Both the position numbers and the translations under genes were made by a program. A stretch of DNA of 62,966 nucleotides, counting the filler, from Corallochytrium limacisporum Hawaii (lineage: Eukaryota > Protista > Pluriformea), in the NCBI GenBank assembly GCA_002811645.1. It is 5 parts of 5 records of this genome, joined end to end, with 100 filler letters (N's around TTAATTAATTAA, not from the genome) between each part and the next. Parts side by side here need not be neighbours in the genome. Positions count along the whole stretch, not along the records: positions 1 to 24,287 come from PDIP01000102.1; 4 more parts are not named here. One strand, 5' to 3'. Numbering within the stretch: the first letter of the stretch is position 1; each line of letters begins with the position of its first letter. The notes under the pieces were generated by a model that worked only from the letters and a program-made list of their open reading frames with translations, was not told the origin of the DNA and did not search any database. Shown piece after piece: positions 1 to 10,818 of this stretch.

Positions 1-62
1 ATATATTTTCGAACGAAAATTTTGGTTGGATACGGAGTATACATTCAACTCAGAGGATAGTA
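1..62 (-). mobile_element. Terminus of a TA-flanked Tc1/mariner-like DNA transposon or MITE (truncated at window start)
   Basis: nt 1-62 are identical to 61077-61138. Identity stops right after ...CAGAGGATAG-TA. Read inward on the minus strand it is TA-CTATCCTCTG, matching the terminal consensus at the other contig ends. Confidence 0.7.
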
Positions 63-675
63 TGGTCTTCGCTTGCACTCTTTCCCGTTAGAATTTCCCG
101 GTTCCGGAGTCCCCGCCCGCGCCCCGGGGGGGGGGGCGGGCCGGCCAGCGGCGAGCTCGTGGGGTGGGGAGGGGGGACGGCGAAGCCGGCTAATGCGAGC
201 CGGGGAACCCTCCCGAGCGAGGGGGTGGGCCGAGCAAAACCCGAGCGACCCAGAACTCGCCAACGCAGAGGCCGAGAAAGTCAGAAGTGATCCAAGCGAG
301 GGGCTAGCGCGAGTGGTGGTGGGGGGGGGTTTGATCCGCAGCAACAGAGCGCAAGAGAAAGGACAGCCTGCGGGTCTCTCAATGCGACCAAGCTGTGGTC
401 CTGCTACTGTGTCATAGGATCCGCGGTCTCTTCGTACAGCTGTTTGAAAGTTGTAATTTTGGATGGTAGTGATAAACAGCTAGTCGGTCGCATAAGCGAT
501 AAAGGAAAGATAACAGGATAATTACCGCTCAAGCTGGGGCACGAAGACACACACACATAAATACATTCCAGGATGGGTCATGGTCGGCTTTGCCCAGAGT
601 AAGAAACCATGAAGCCATAGAGCGTCCATTTCAGTGAATAGTCTGGGTAGAGGCAGCAGTCAAGAACAGTTGAAA

Positions 676-2979
676 ATGGCAGCTTACGGTGCAGGAGCAG
701 CAGGGACGCGAATCTCTGGCAACCAGGATCTAGTGTCACCAAAGACGCGCATCCGCGTATCCATTGTAAAGCCTGTGATGGAGGGCGCATTGATGAAATG
801 GACAAACTATCTCAGCGGATGGCAGAGCCGGCTCTTTGTGGTAGATGGACATTCGGGACAAGTTTCTTACTTTATGAATAGGAAGGATCGATTTGCAGGA
901 CAGGCTCGCGGATGTATTGAGGCCATGGACATGCGCATTACGAATGGCCAGGAGCGCACGTCGTTCAACATCGTTACTCCAGATCAAACCTGGCATGTCA
1001 AGGCAGACAGTGTCAAAGAACGCGATGCATGGCTTCAGACATTGATCCAATTGAAACAGACATTCAGCGGGGATGGCCCGCTACCATCCGGTGAGAAACT
1101 CAGTAGTGTAGAGAGGAAGAGCCGTGAAAGCTTGCAAGGAACCACGCCCGCCACATCCATTATGGGCGTAGGTAATGGACTCAAGGTTGGACACAAGAGA
1201 GGGATGTCTATTGATGATCAGGGAAATCCATTGCCGGCGCTGCAGAGCGTGAAAAAGTTGCACCGACAGACACTAGACAAGCTCTTTACTGCAGAGGCCT
1301 ATGCCAATGTGGTTGAGCAGCAGATGGAACTTCTGATTAAGCGTGCTGAAGAAGGGGAACCATTCAATGAGGAACAAGGTCAGGTTTTCCGTAGCAATAT
1401 GAACTCAGTATTCCGTAGCATCCGGGAGGCAATAAACACAATTCAAAGGGAGGTGGAACCGGGTCAGAAAGGACACCAGAGGCAGCCATCAGAGGGATCC
1501 CTTTATTCTGATGCACGATCTGCTGGTGTGAATGATATCCGCAGCCCCCTCAGTGCGTCAGGCGAGCCTGAGGTGGCGTCTGATATTCCTACCACTTGGA
1601 TGGAGTCATTGAATGCGATGAGCGTTGGGGACGAGGCCCTGTTCTTTGATGCATTAGACACTGCAGATTTTGATATGGGAGACGAAGCCAGAAAGGAAGA
1701 AAGTGACATGAGCAGTGAAGAGGGTGAGCAGCAAAAATCAAAAGCAGCCGTCCGTCGCAGTCACAGCGAACGGTTGCTCCAGGGACATCATGAGCTGATG
1801 GAGGACATGGACGACGAGGAAGATGATGAGGAGGGTGCATCTGAACAACGCAGCGTAATCATGGAGCTTCTAAGTCAGCTGCGTATCGGCATGGACCTTA
1901 GTCGAGTGACTTTGCCAATTTTCATCCTAGAGCGGCGATCGCTTCTGGAAATGTACGCTGACTTCATGGCCCATCCCGACTTCTTTAGCCAGATTCCCAT
2001 GTTTCAAACTCCAGAGGCTCGTTTCATGGGTGCAGCTCGTTGGTTCCTGACCATGTTCCACGCGGGCAAGAAAGACATTGCAAAGAAACCCTACAACCCT
2101 ATTCTGGGAGAGGTGCTCCGATGCGCCTACGACCTGCGCGACAAAGACCTCGGTTTCATAACTTACATTGGTGAGCAAGTGAGTCATCACCCGCCAATAA
2201 CAGCCTTCTACTTTGAGAACCAGCAGCAACGGATGCACTTGGAGGCACATATCTGGACCAAGAGCAAATTCTACGGCACCAGTGTCGGCGTGATGAACGT
2301 TGGTAGTGGTCGATTGTGGCTCGACGAATTCAGTGAAATGTATCAGTTCAATTTTCCGGCGGCGTACGCTCGGTCGATCCTGACGGTACCGTGGATTGAA
2401 CTCGGTGGACAGGCGACGATTCAGTGTCCGCAATCGAACATGAAGCTGGAACTGAACTTCCACACAAAGCCAGTCTTTGGAGGCTCAAAACATAAGATGA
2501 CGGGCTCGATCACGCGGGATGGTATTGAGCTCTTCGAGGTGAATGGCAACTGGAACGGAAAGATCACGCTCGCTCCAGCCTCGAAACGTCCGGTCGACCC
2601 TGCCATGATGAAGCCATTTTCCTTGGACATTGGAGCTCCCGGACGGGAGAGTGACGGTGACGGCACGGAATACTTTCACACCAAACAGCTACCTGTGTAT
2701 CGCAAGCTTGTGCGACCCTTAGACGAGCAGGAGCCGCACGAAAGTCGAGTTGTGTGGGATAAAGTCACTCGAGCCCTGCGCCAACGAAACATTGATGTGG
2801 CAAGTGAATGCAAGTTTCAACTTGAGCAGCACCAGCGTGAACTCAAGGCAGAACGTATTGAGAAGGGTATAGAATGGAAGCAGCGGCACTTCTACTGGGA
2901 CAAGATTAGAGAGATCTGGCGCTTTGCCGAGAACACCGTGCCACCACCACCGGAGTCATTACTGATGGTCTCTGAGTAA
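676..2979 (+). CDS. Oxysterol-binding protein-related lipid transfer protein (ORP9/10/11 type: PH + FFAT-like motif + ORD)
   Basis: PH domain MEGALMKWTNYLSGWQSRLFV, FFAT-like EALFFDALD, ORD motifs GMDLSRVTLPIFILERRSLLEMYAD, KKPYNPILGE and EQVSHHPP. First in-frame ATG is 676 (track starts at GTG 634). Confidence 0.95.
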   Translation: MAAYGAGAAGTRISGNQDLVSPKTRIRVSIVKPVMEGALMKWTNYLSGWQSRLFVVDGHSGQVSYFMNRKDRFAGQARGCIEAMDMRITNGQERTSFNIVTPDQTWHVKADSVKERDAWLQTLIQLKQTFSGDGPLPSGEKLSSVERKSRESLQGTTPATSIMGVGNGLKVGHKRGMSIDDQGNPLPALQSVKKLHRQTLDKLFTAEAYANVVEQQMELLIKRAEEGEPFNEEQGQVFRSNMNSVFRSIREAINTIQREVEPGQKGHQRQPSEGSLYSDARSAGVNDIRSPLSASGEPEVASDIPTTWMESLNAMSVGDEALFFDALDTADFDMGDEARKEESDMSSEEGEQQKSKAAVRRSHSERLLQGHHELMEDMDDEEDDEEGASEQRSVIMELLSQLRIGMDLSRVTLPIFILERRSLLEMYADFMAHPDFFSQIPMFQTPEARFMGAARWFLTMFHAGKKDIAKKPYNPILGEVLRCAYDLRDKDLGFITYIGEQVSHHPPITAFYFENQQQRMHLEAHIWTKSKFYGTSVGVMNVGSGRLWLDEFSEMYQFNFPAAYARSILTVPWIELGGQATIQCPQSNMKLELNFHTKPVFGGSKHKMTGSITRDGIELFEVNGNWNGKITLAPASKRPVDPAMMKPFSLDIGAPGRESDGDGTEYFHTKQLPVYRKLVRPLDEQEPHESRVVWDKVTRALRQRNIDVASECKFQLEQHQRELKAERIEKGIEWKQRHFYWDKIREIWRFAENTVPPPPESLLMVSE

Positions 2980-3174
2980 GCACGCTTGAAAAGTTTGTGT
3001 AAAAAAATATAAACTTAAGTGTATTCAAAGTATTATGCTCCAGGACGGCAATATTCAAACGATGTCGTTGAAATCAAAGTTGACTGCGATGGTACATACC
3101 ATTTGTACAGATGGCAAGTCACGCGAATCGATGATGTCTGTGATCAGAGGACATTGTTTGGATGTCTATGAACG

Positions 3175-6100
3175 TCATTCCGCATACAGCCGCTCAAGTT
3201 CCTTCCACTCTGCCACCGGCACAGGCATGCGCTGTGGCAGATTGTAGAATTCCCTCGGCAATTCCGGCCACGGTGAGCCATTGTCGCCTGTGCCGTCGTT
3301 CTTGAGATGCATCGCTATGGTGTCGCAATCCGGGTCGCTATAAAGCGCGATCTGCTTGGCTACGTATTCTGCGAGGGTCCTCGAACTGATTGTTTGGCTG
3401 ACGATGCGCAAATTGTCATCATTGAAGTAGGTCGCGCTTAATAAAGTGGGGAACAGCAGCGTCATTCCGCAGTAGTCGGTGAAGTACTCGACCGGTAGTT
3501 CGGCGAGGAGTGAGGCCAGCGGACGTTTGCTGCAGAAGCGGCGCGTGAGCTGCTGGCGGTGGTCTTGCATATTGGCAAAGATGCCCAGTAGGTACACAGT
3601 GCAGTGCAGAATTGGGCGCACGCTAGCATCCAAAAGGTGCTTTGCATGGTCCAGGATGAAGCTCGTCATGTGGCAGATCTGGTATGCCACGGTTGGCTCC
3701 GTGAAGACCGAGGTCATTGTGTCTGGCACATAGTGCCTTAACTGTACCATAGTGCGCAACCCTGCGTTGACTAGCGGCATGGTTTCCCTTGCAAACGGAG
3801 TATCAGCGTTAGTAACCCTCAGGCTGGTACCCGTGCTGCTGAGCTGACCACTGAAGAGTAAACTGCAGACCATAGGCACAATGCCCAAGCCTGCAGACTG
3901 ATCGACGACTTCCCTAAATTTCGTAATGTCCTCTTCGTCGTTTTGTGGAAGGTAGCGCTGAATGGATGCTAGGCGACGTGCTGTGCAACCAATACAGGCC
4001 AGAGTTCTAGCCACCAAGGCACGCATGGCCTTTCGCTCAGCAGATCTCTGACTGTTCTTGTCCTCGTCCTTGTCGTTGCTTGTCTTTCCTTTCAAAATAC
4101 TATCAGCCTGAACCATGATGTGATGAACCTGGTGGAACAAACCCATGGCTACCGAGTAGCCAATCAGATCCGCGTCCATTTGCGCAAGCATATTGTCGTC
4201 GTTCTTTCCAGCCTTTGCAGGGCTTACCCTGTTCTTGTTCTGTTCACCATCAACCACATCGTATGAGCGGCGGGCACCCAGAAGAGCCGAAAGTACGTCC
4301 AAATATCCAGCAGCTGTCTTGATCAACTCCGGACTCACCGGAAGAAAAGCTTCAGAGTTGATCGATCCCAATAAGCTGTTTATGGAACCGAGAGTAGACA
4401 CAGTGAGGTTCACCACACGAAGACCGAATTCATTGCCTGCAAGCACCGAGGCTGCAACTCGTTTGGTCTGATTCTGGGTTGCACCGGACGGTTGATCAAG
4501 CTTAAGGCCCAACTGTTCCGCCATCTGACGGGCAGCCTCCTGACCACGAGCCTTCGCTTGAGCATCGAATGGCTGGATTGTTGCGTTCAATAAGAATTCA
4601 AGCAGCCAATGGGAAGTGAATAATCTGGCCTCCAAGGGCAAAGATTCCCATTGCTCCTCTACAATCTCCGCAAGCTCCAAACAGTGTGCCTTTTCAAGGT
4701 CCATTCCATTGATGCCTTGCACAGCCTTCACCGCATCACGTAATTTTGCAAGAATCACATCGGTAGGCAATTCAGTCCTGTTCTTTCCAGTTCCCGCATT
4801 GTTGACACGCTTAAGAGAAGCTCGTACGGTTTGAATGGTCTGTTGTGCCCTTTCCTGTTCGATTGTTGTAGATTTACAGGTCTCAGCTGCTTGCTGTCGG
4901 CCCCGGATCCGTTGCCGCAATCGTCGAATGCGCTTTTGATTCTGCTTGACCCATATGCCTGTGTCCATGAAGGTGGCAATGGATAAATCGCTCACCTTGT
5001 CGAAAACAAAGGGACTGACCACACTGCTGCGGGGACTCATGGGCGCTGCGGAACCCACACGCTTCGGAGTGTGCGGTCTCGAAGAAGAGCGGCCAGCAGC
5101 GGGTGAACCGCTGCGAGATCGACGACTAATGGAAGGCGATGACTTCCCAGTCGCAATTGAAGTCGAATTCTGTCCACTAGATCCTCTTGTGCCAAATGCA
5201 GAGCCACGGAGCACACGTCGCACTTCTCGGTCTTCGTCGACGCTGCTGCATTCGCTCCAATGGGTTCGTGCAGGACCGCGTGGTCCAAAGCAGGAAACAA
5301 TTGGTGGTTTGAAGGAACCATCAAACGTGACACTCGTGTTGGAAGCCGATGGAGTACCAACACTGCTTTCAATATCGGTACCATCGCCTTCAGTGATGGA
5401 CATAGAAGACCGTTTGATGAGAGCGCGATTATGTTTCTTACCGAACACATGTGCAGCCATCTGTTCCGCCGATATGATCATCGTGCACACATGGCACATA
5501 TACTCCTGCTGTGTGATTGGGGACAGATCATGTTCCGTCAGAAATGCTTCTTCATCGGCAGTCAGGTTTGACACTGGGGTGTTAATCATGCTTCGGTTTC
5601 CAAACGTTATGCTCTTCGCTCTCCGAAGTTCCATCTGTAGCCTATGGCGCTCGGAACCTGCGCGCATCTTCTCGTTGAGCTCTCGCTGCAGTCGTTCCGC
5701 TTTCTCCATTTCCATTGTCAGCTTACGTTTGAGGATTTCTTCCACCTTGGACCGACTATTTTGTTCCCGCAGAGCCCGTTCGCTCTCACGAATACTTTCT
5801 GCCTGCTGCTGACGGTCATGGCGCTTCTGCTGAATATTTTCAAGCCATTCATTGAGTTCACAGTCTGTAGTCTTCCTCCTTTCAGCGACCGCTTCATCTC
5901 GAGCCCTCCGTGCCTGCATCTTTGCACGCCGATTTTCTTCGAGCTCTTGCACTCGTTCCTGAGCCATAGCTTCACGTTGTTCGATCTCTGCCGTTTTGAC
6001 TCGCTGCTCCATGTTATTGATAAAGCGAATTTCTGAAATCTTCAAGTCCTCATCATGTGCCTTTCGAATGCGCTCTTGGATAACGGCTTCACGATTACGA

Positions 6101-7575
6101 TCAGCCTTTTCCTGCTTGCTCTCAAGCTCGGCGAGCTTTGCTTGACGCATTCGTTCACGCTCGTTCACAACGTCTTGTACTTTTTGCGAATCTTGACGGA
6201 GGCGCTGGAGCCTTTCCGCAGTCCGCTGCGCACGGAGAAGAGCAGCTTTCTCTTGCTTCCGCTGTTGCTGTGCTTTGCGCTGTTCAGCGACCCTTTCATC
6301 ATCCTCCCGAGGACTGTGGGTCAGTGGGAGCACGTTGTTCACACGAGCTGGGCTACCGTCACGATTGTCTGTGGTGGCCTTGGGGTTCAACTGAATTTCC
6401 CATGCATTGGCCTTGGGCACGCTCTGCCTTGCAGCAACTTCTTCAGTTGCAGCCTGGTGGGCCTGTTGATCCAATTCAACAGCATCTGCCCAAGACAATC
6501 GCATGTCTGGTTGTAAGGCAGGTCGAGATACCTCATCCTCAACCACGATTTTCCGTTCGGTTCGTGTCGCATCGGTCTGACCATGGTCTCGTCTTGATTC
6601 AATGGGATCCTCCTCTAGGTGCGGAGGACATCCTTCCGTTTGAGTATCTCTGTCCAAAGTTCTCCCCACTTCGTCACCAGTAACTTCACAAGATTTTGAC
6701 ATCTCCTGGGCAGTATCGCTAAAGTGGTCACTGAACGTGCCCAGCAGTTCACCCATTTCCTCTCCAAGTTTTACGTTGGCCTCTTCTTCAATGACGCGAT
6801 TGATGTCATAGATGACTTTGTGCAATGTCTGAATCAAGTTCTTGAGGTCATTCGCTTTTTTCTCCGACAGATTTGCCACGTTTGCGAGCTTATCTACCGA
6901 AGAAGGAGAACCGGACGGAAGGGATTTGATCGTGTCAGCATCCGTACCGTCACCTTCGACCGATTTTTTACCAGTTTGCATCTCCTCTTGCACAGACTTC
7001 AAGTTTGAGCAAGGCGTGGCGGCTTGTAAAGGATCCAGTCCTCTGCGTTTGGCCACTGGACTCGGATCCTCGCTCCTCCAGCCAGTCTGAATGTGCATGA
7101 CCCTTGCAGGCTTCGGGATGCCTGACGCGGGTCTCGGTTTCGCTGCTGCACTTGCATACGTACTGCCTTTCGACTGTGGGACAGCCTGGACAGGTGACCC
7201 GCCAGCGGGTGGTGACCCGCCAACGGGTGGTGACGCTACTTGCGTCTGGTGTACAGGACGTTCTTGCTGCTGTTGTTGACACTGCTCCTGTTGCGTTTCT
7301 TTAAATTTTGTCAGAATCTGCTGTTGTTGCTGTTGTGCAGCTGCCCTCTTCTGTGCCGCCCTTGCTCCTGCAGATGGCCTACGCCTCTTTGCTTTTCTGG
7401 GGACCTCCTGATTCTGTAGGGTGTCATTTGATCCACTACCAGACCGACGGCTAGACCTGTTCACCTTCTGCCAGTCGCTCTCGCCGTCGTGCACCAGCGG
7501 CTCAAGAGGCACTGTCCATGCGGACAAGACCCGATCATGTGGGTTGCTATCCGCAGGAATTGACATAACAGCCAT
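3175..7575 (-). CDS. SCAPER: SCAPER-like protein (S-phase cyclin A-associated protein in the ER)
   Basis: Long coiled coil with KAHDEDLKISEIRFINNMEQ (SCAPER EIAFIN motif), matrin-type finger CHVC...HVFGKKH, and C-terminal LPVEYFTD...LLFPTLLSATYFNDDN resembling SCAPER LPFQYFSD...LFPSLIAACY. Confidence 0.85.
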   Translation of the reverse strand: MAVMSIPADSNPHDRVLSAWTVPLEPLVHDGESDWQKVNRSSRRSGSGSNDTLQNQEVPRKAKRRRPSAGARAAQKRAAAQQQQQQILTKFKETQQEQCQQQQQERPVHQTQVASPPVGGSPPAGGSPVQAVPQSKGSTYASAAAKPRPASGIPKPARVMHIQTGWRSEDPSPVAKRRGLDPLQAATPCSNLKSVQEEMQTGKKSVEGDGTDADTIKSLPSGSPSSVDKLANVANLSEKKANDLKNLIQTLHKVIYDINRVIEEEANVKLGEEMGELLGTFSDHFSDTAQEMSKSCEVTGDEVGRTLDRDTQTEGCPPHLEEDPIESRRDHGQTDATRTERKIVVEDEVSRPALQPDMRLSWADAVELDQQAHQAATEEVAARQSVPKANAWEIQLNPKATTDNRDGSPARVNNVLPLTHSPREDDERVAEQRKAQQQRKQEKAALLRAQRTAERLQRLRQDSQKVQDVVNERERMRQAKLAELESKQEKADRNREAVIQERIRKAHDEDLKISEIRFINNMEQRVKTAEIEQREAMAQERVQELEENRRAKMQARRARDEAVAERRKTTDCELNEWLENIQQKRHDRQQQAESIRESERALREQNSRSKVEEILKRKLTMEMEKAERLQRELNEKMRAGSERHRLQMELRRAKSITFGNRSMINTPVSNLTADEEAFLTEHDLSPITQQEYMCHVCTMIISAEQMAAHVFGKKHNRALIKRSSMSITEGDGTDIESSVGTPSASNTSVTFDGSFKPPIVSCFGPRGPARTHWSECSSVDEDREVRRVLRGSAFGTRGSSGQNSTSIATGKSSPSISRRSRSGSPAAGRSSSRPHTPKRVGSAAPMSPRSSVVSPFVFDKVSDLSIATFMDTGIWVKQNQKRIRRLRQRIRGRQQAAETCKSTTIEQERAQQTIQTVRASLKRVNNAGTGKNRTELPTDVILAKLRDAVKAVQGINGMDLEKAHCLELAEIVEEQWESLPLEARLFTSHWLLEFLLNATIQPFDAQAKARGQEAARQMAEQLGLKLDQPSGATQNQTKRVAASVLAGNEFGLRVVNLTVSTLGSINSLLGSINSEAFLPVSPELIKTAAGYLDVLSALLGARRSYDVVDGEQNKNRVSPAKAGKNDDNMLAQMDADLIGYSVAMGLFHQVHHIMVQADSILKGKTSNDKDEDKNSQRSAERKAMRALVARTLACIGCTARRLASIQRYLPQNDEEDITKFREVVDQSAGLGIVPMVCSLLFSGQLSSTGTSLRVTNADTPFARETMPLVNAGLRTMVQLRHYVPDTMTSVFTEPTVAYQICHMTSFILDHAKHLLDASVRPILHCTVYLLGIFANMQDHRQQLTRRFCSKRPLASLLAELPVEYFTDYCGMTLLFPTLLSATYFNDDNLRIVSQTISSRTLAEYVAKQIALYSDPDCDTIAMHLKNDGTGDNGSPWPELPREFYNLPQRMPVPVAEWKELERLYAE

Positions 7576-8700
7576 TGGTAAATATTTAGTGGCTACAAAT
7601 CAAGTTATGTGCACATAATTTCCATTGCGTCTCTCATAGTAATTCACACTATGCTGTCGTCGAGCACCGGGCATCAGACGATAACCGTGTATAAAACTCA
7701 CAATCCATTTATTGAGACGTGATTGACGGCATGCGATTGAAGTACCCATAGTTTGTGTTTCACATTCAAGAGACAGGAGCTAGAAAGATCGTCAATAACA
7801 ACTTAAGAAGTCAAAGAAGAAGCGGAATGTACTAGAATCTTGGCAATTTTCTGTTTCAGGAAAGGAACCTCTTGATTCCGAGTGGGGGTGCGGACACCGA
7901 ACTGCGCTTGGCTCCCGATCTCTGTGCGGAGTCCCTCTCTTAAAGAGTCCAAGCACAGCGATTCAACCGTCACTATGCCATACGTTTTCTATGGCAATTT
8001 CAAGTTTCCATTGATTTTTCCAAAATGCACCCCTCTGGTCCGTCGGGTTCCCACCGTTGGCTTTTCTCAAAGTCCCGCTCGGGTCCCCACCCCCCCCCCT
8101 TCCTTACGAGTCGCAGCCAAGCTCCACTCGATCTCCCGCTTTTCCGTACACTGCTTGTTCCTTACGGGCCTGTGTGCCCGCTCTCAGGTTTTCGGCGCGT
8201 AAAATTCCGCCAAGGCCAACTCCCCCCGTGGTGTTCCCCTGCTCGGAGAACTAAATAGGACCATCAACAAAAACCCAGTTAATTATTAGGCCCCGAAATC
8301 GCGTTCGAACGCAGAAAGCGAGGGCGGGCGGACGGGCAGGATCGCAAAATTCGAAGGGCCCTGAACCGACGATTCCCGGCAGTCAAAGTACCGAGGGCTC
8401 CGTAGCAACCGGACCCCCCTTTCTCCCCCTTACCTCCCCTCCCGCCCTTTTCTTTGCGTGCCCTCCATTTGGAGTCCATTTCTCCGGACCCTCTCAGTGT
8501 CCGAACGGCCTGCCTCATTTTACCACCGCCGCCCCCGCCCCCCGGGGGGGGGGGAGGGACAGTATGCTTTGGGCCGTGCAGTTGATTGCAGAACTGATGG
8601 TTGGTACATCTACTGATGGCGGCCGTGCACCAAAGACGACAAACTAAGCCCAACGACATGAAAATTTGCTTTCTTTATCTTTTTGACTCAATAGGAGAAT

Positions 8701-10818
8701 TCATTTGGGGATTTCTGTGGTGGTACGTGGTGTGGTTTCATCGAAGCGCTCATCGGTGAAGCCTTGGACCTCATGGCGACGGTCACGATAGTGCGTATGC
8801 AAGATCTTTTCTGCTCGTTCGGTACCAGGCTCATCCTTAATAATATCGGTGTAGACATGCTTTACCACCTCGTTCTCGTGGCTGCGACGCTTTGCTTTGC
8901 TTCGATCAACCCCGTATACAGCTTGAACACGTTTGAAGATGGTATCGGCATTCAAGCCAGGCTTTGGTTCACCTCCACCACCAATGCAACCCCCCGGGCA
9001 TGCCATAACCTCAATGAGATGATGCTTACTTTCGCCAGCATCGATCTCATCCAGCATCTGACGAACATTGGCAGTTCCATGGGCGACAGCAACGCTGATG
9101 GTCGGTGCATCTGGGGCAGACCCGAGCGTTATCTCCTTGGTGCGGATCCCCGCGAGACCTTCAGGTCGGACCATTTCCACGTTGGGTAGCTCAGTTTTGG
9201 TGTACATCCAGTAGGCCGTGCGCAGGGCTGCCTCAAGCACACCACCCGTAGCTGCAAACATGGCACCAGCACCTGTTGAGATTCCCAGGTACGGATCATA
9301 GTCGCTCTCTTCAAGACTGCCGTAGTGGATACCGACCTCATGAATCAGTCGGCCCAGCTCCCGCGTGGTAAGAACATAGTCCGTGTCTCGCACCACTCCT
9401 TCCTCCCCATCAGTGTTCTTGACGGTGCTGATCAGTTGAGACCGTGTCATTTCATCTTTCTTGGCCACACATGGCATAATAGAGACGTTGACAATGCGAT
9501 CGGCACTCACACCAATTCTCTCCGGCAAGGCTCGTTTAATAAGCGTGCCCATCATACCCTGGGGGCTCTTACAGGTCGATAGATGCTTCATCAGGTGTGG
9601 ATAGCTCTTCTCGACGAGATTGATCCAGGCTGGACAGCAGCTTGTGAACATTGGGAAGGGTCCCCCTTCCTTGACTCTGCGCAGAAATTCGGTAGCCTCC
9701 TCAATGATGGTCAGATCGGCGGTGGTCTGAGTATCGAATACATAGTCGAAACCGAGTTTGCGAAGCGCTGTCACCAACTTCCCTGTCGTCACTGTTCCTG
9801 GATCCATGCCAAATTCCTCACTGATCGCCACTCGAACAGCTGGGGCAGTGTGAGCAACTAAAATCTTATCGTCCTTGTAATCCAGCAGCCTCTGCACTTT
9901 GTGAATATGCAGATTCTCAGTAATGGCACCGACGGGGCACACCGCACTGCACTGGCCACAATTTATGCATCGTGTCTGATCAATGGGAAGATCTCCAAAT
10001 GTTCCTACAATCTCATTCCCACCACGGTTCACCATGCCCAAAATATTCATTCCCTGAACTTCGGAACAGGCACGAATGCAACGGCTACACAAAACACATT
10101 TGTTCATATCCCTGACGATGCTGGGACTGCTTCTGTCCACATTTCTGGTGGACCGGGGAATCTTTTGAGGCAAGATGTCTTCCACTTCGTAGTGAAAGCA
10201 GAGCTTCTGGAATTCGCAGTTTCCATTTGCTTCGCAAGTAATGCAAGCATCTGGGTGTCGACAGCGCAGCATAGATAGATTAAACTTTACCGTTTTCTCA
10301 ACATCCGGTGTATGGGTCATGTACTCCATACCTTCCTCCACCTTTGTTGTGCACGATGGAACAAGCCTTTGCCAACCATTTTTCTTCGCTTCTACTAGAC
10401 ATAACCGACACTGAGCATGGTTTGTAAGCATAGGGTGGTAGCATAATGTGGGTATGTATGTTTTCCGTTCTTGTAGAACTTGTAGGATTGTCTGATTCTT
10501 GTGTGCGGTGACTTCTTTTCCGTCAACCATGATCTTTATTTCCTTTCCAAACTCGTCTGCTTTCTTCCGGAAACCTAAGATCCTGGGATCATAACGCATT
10601 TTCGGGGGCGTGGTGGCCACACTTCCAGACCAGCGGCCCAATGCGAACCCATTTCTACGCAAGCGTGACCGAAGGCCACCCGAAATGAACCGAGAGGAGA
10701 TCGGCATCTCGCTGACGCTCCTCAAGCTACTTTCTGTTCCAACGTGATGGTTACCGACACGGTACAATGCTTTAATGTCACTCAAAAACCTGACTCTACT
10801 CCAGTTTGTGTAAGCCAT
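8701..10818 (-). CDS. hydA: [FeFe]-hydrogenase, group A, long (M3-type) form with N-terminal extension
   Basis: 2Fe-2S domain (IPTLCYH..CRLCLVE..SC), His-ligated cluster HPDACITCEANGNC, two CxxCxxCxxxC motifs, H-cluster motifs FTSCCPAW, MPCVAKKDE and EVMACPGGCIGGGG, small-subunit tail RRSHEN..LHTHY. First ATG is 10818 (track starts at TTG 10944). Confidence 0.95.
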   Translation of the reverse strand: MAYTNWSRVRFLSDIKALYRVGNHHVGTESSLRSVSEMPISSRFISGGLRSRLRRNGFALGRWSGSVATTPPKMRYDPRILGFRKKADEFGKEIKIMVDGKEVTAHKNQTILQVLQERKTYIPTLCYHPMLTNHAQCRLCLVEAKKNGWQRLVPSCTTKVEEGMEYMTHTPDVEKTVKFNLSMLRCRHPDACITCEANGNCEFQKLCFHYEVEDILPQKIPRSTRNVDRSSPSIVRDMNKCVLCSRCIRACSEVQGMNILGMVNRGGNEIVGTFGDLPIDQTRCINCGQCSAVCPVGAITENLHIHKVQRLLDYKDDKILVAHTAPAVRVAISEEFGMDPGTVTTGKLVTALRKLGFDYVFDTQTTADLTIIEEATEFLRRVKEGGPFPMFTSCCPAWINLVEKSYPHLMKHLSTCKSPQGMMGTLIKRALPERIGVSADRIVNVSIMPCVAKKDEMTRSQLISTVKNTDGEEGVVRDTDYVLTTRELGRLIHEVGIHYGSLEESDYDPYLGISTGAGAMFAATGGVLEAALRTAYWMYTKTELPNVEMVRPEGLAGIRTKEITLGSAPDAPTISVAVAHGTANVRQMLDEIDAGESKHHLIEVMACPGGCIGGGGEPKPGLNADTIFKRVQAVYGVDRSKAKRRSHENEVVKHVYTDIIKDEPGTERAEKILHTHYRDRRHEVQGFTDERFDETTPRTTTEIPK

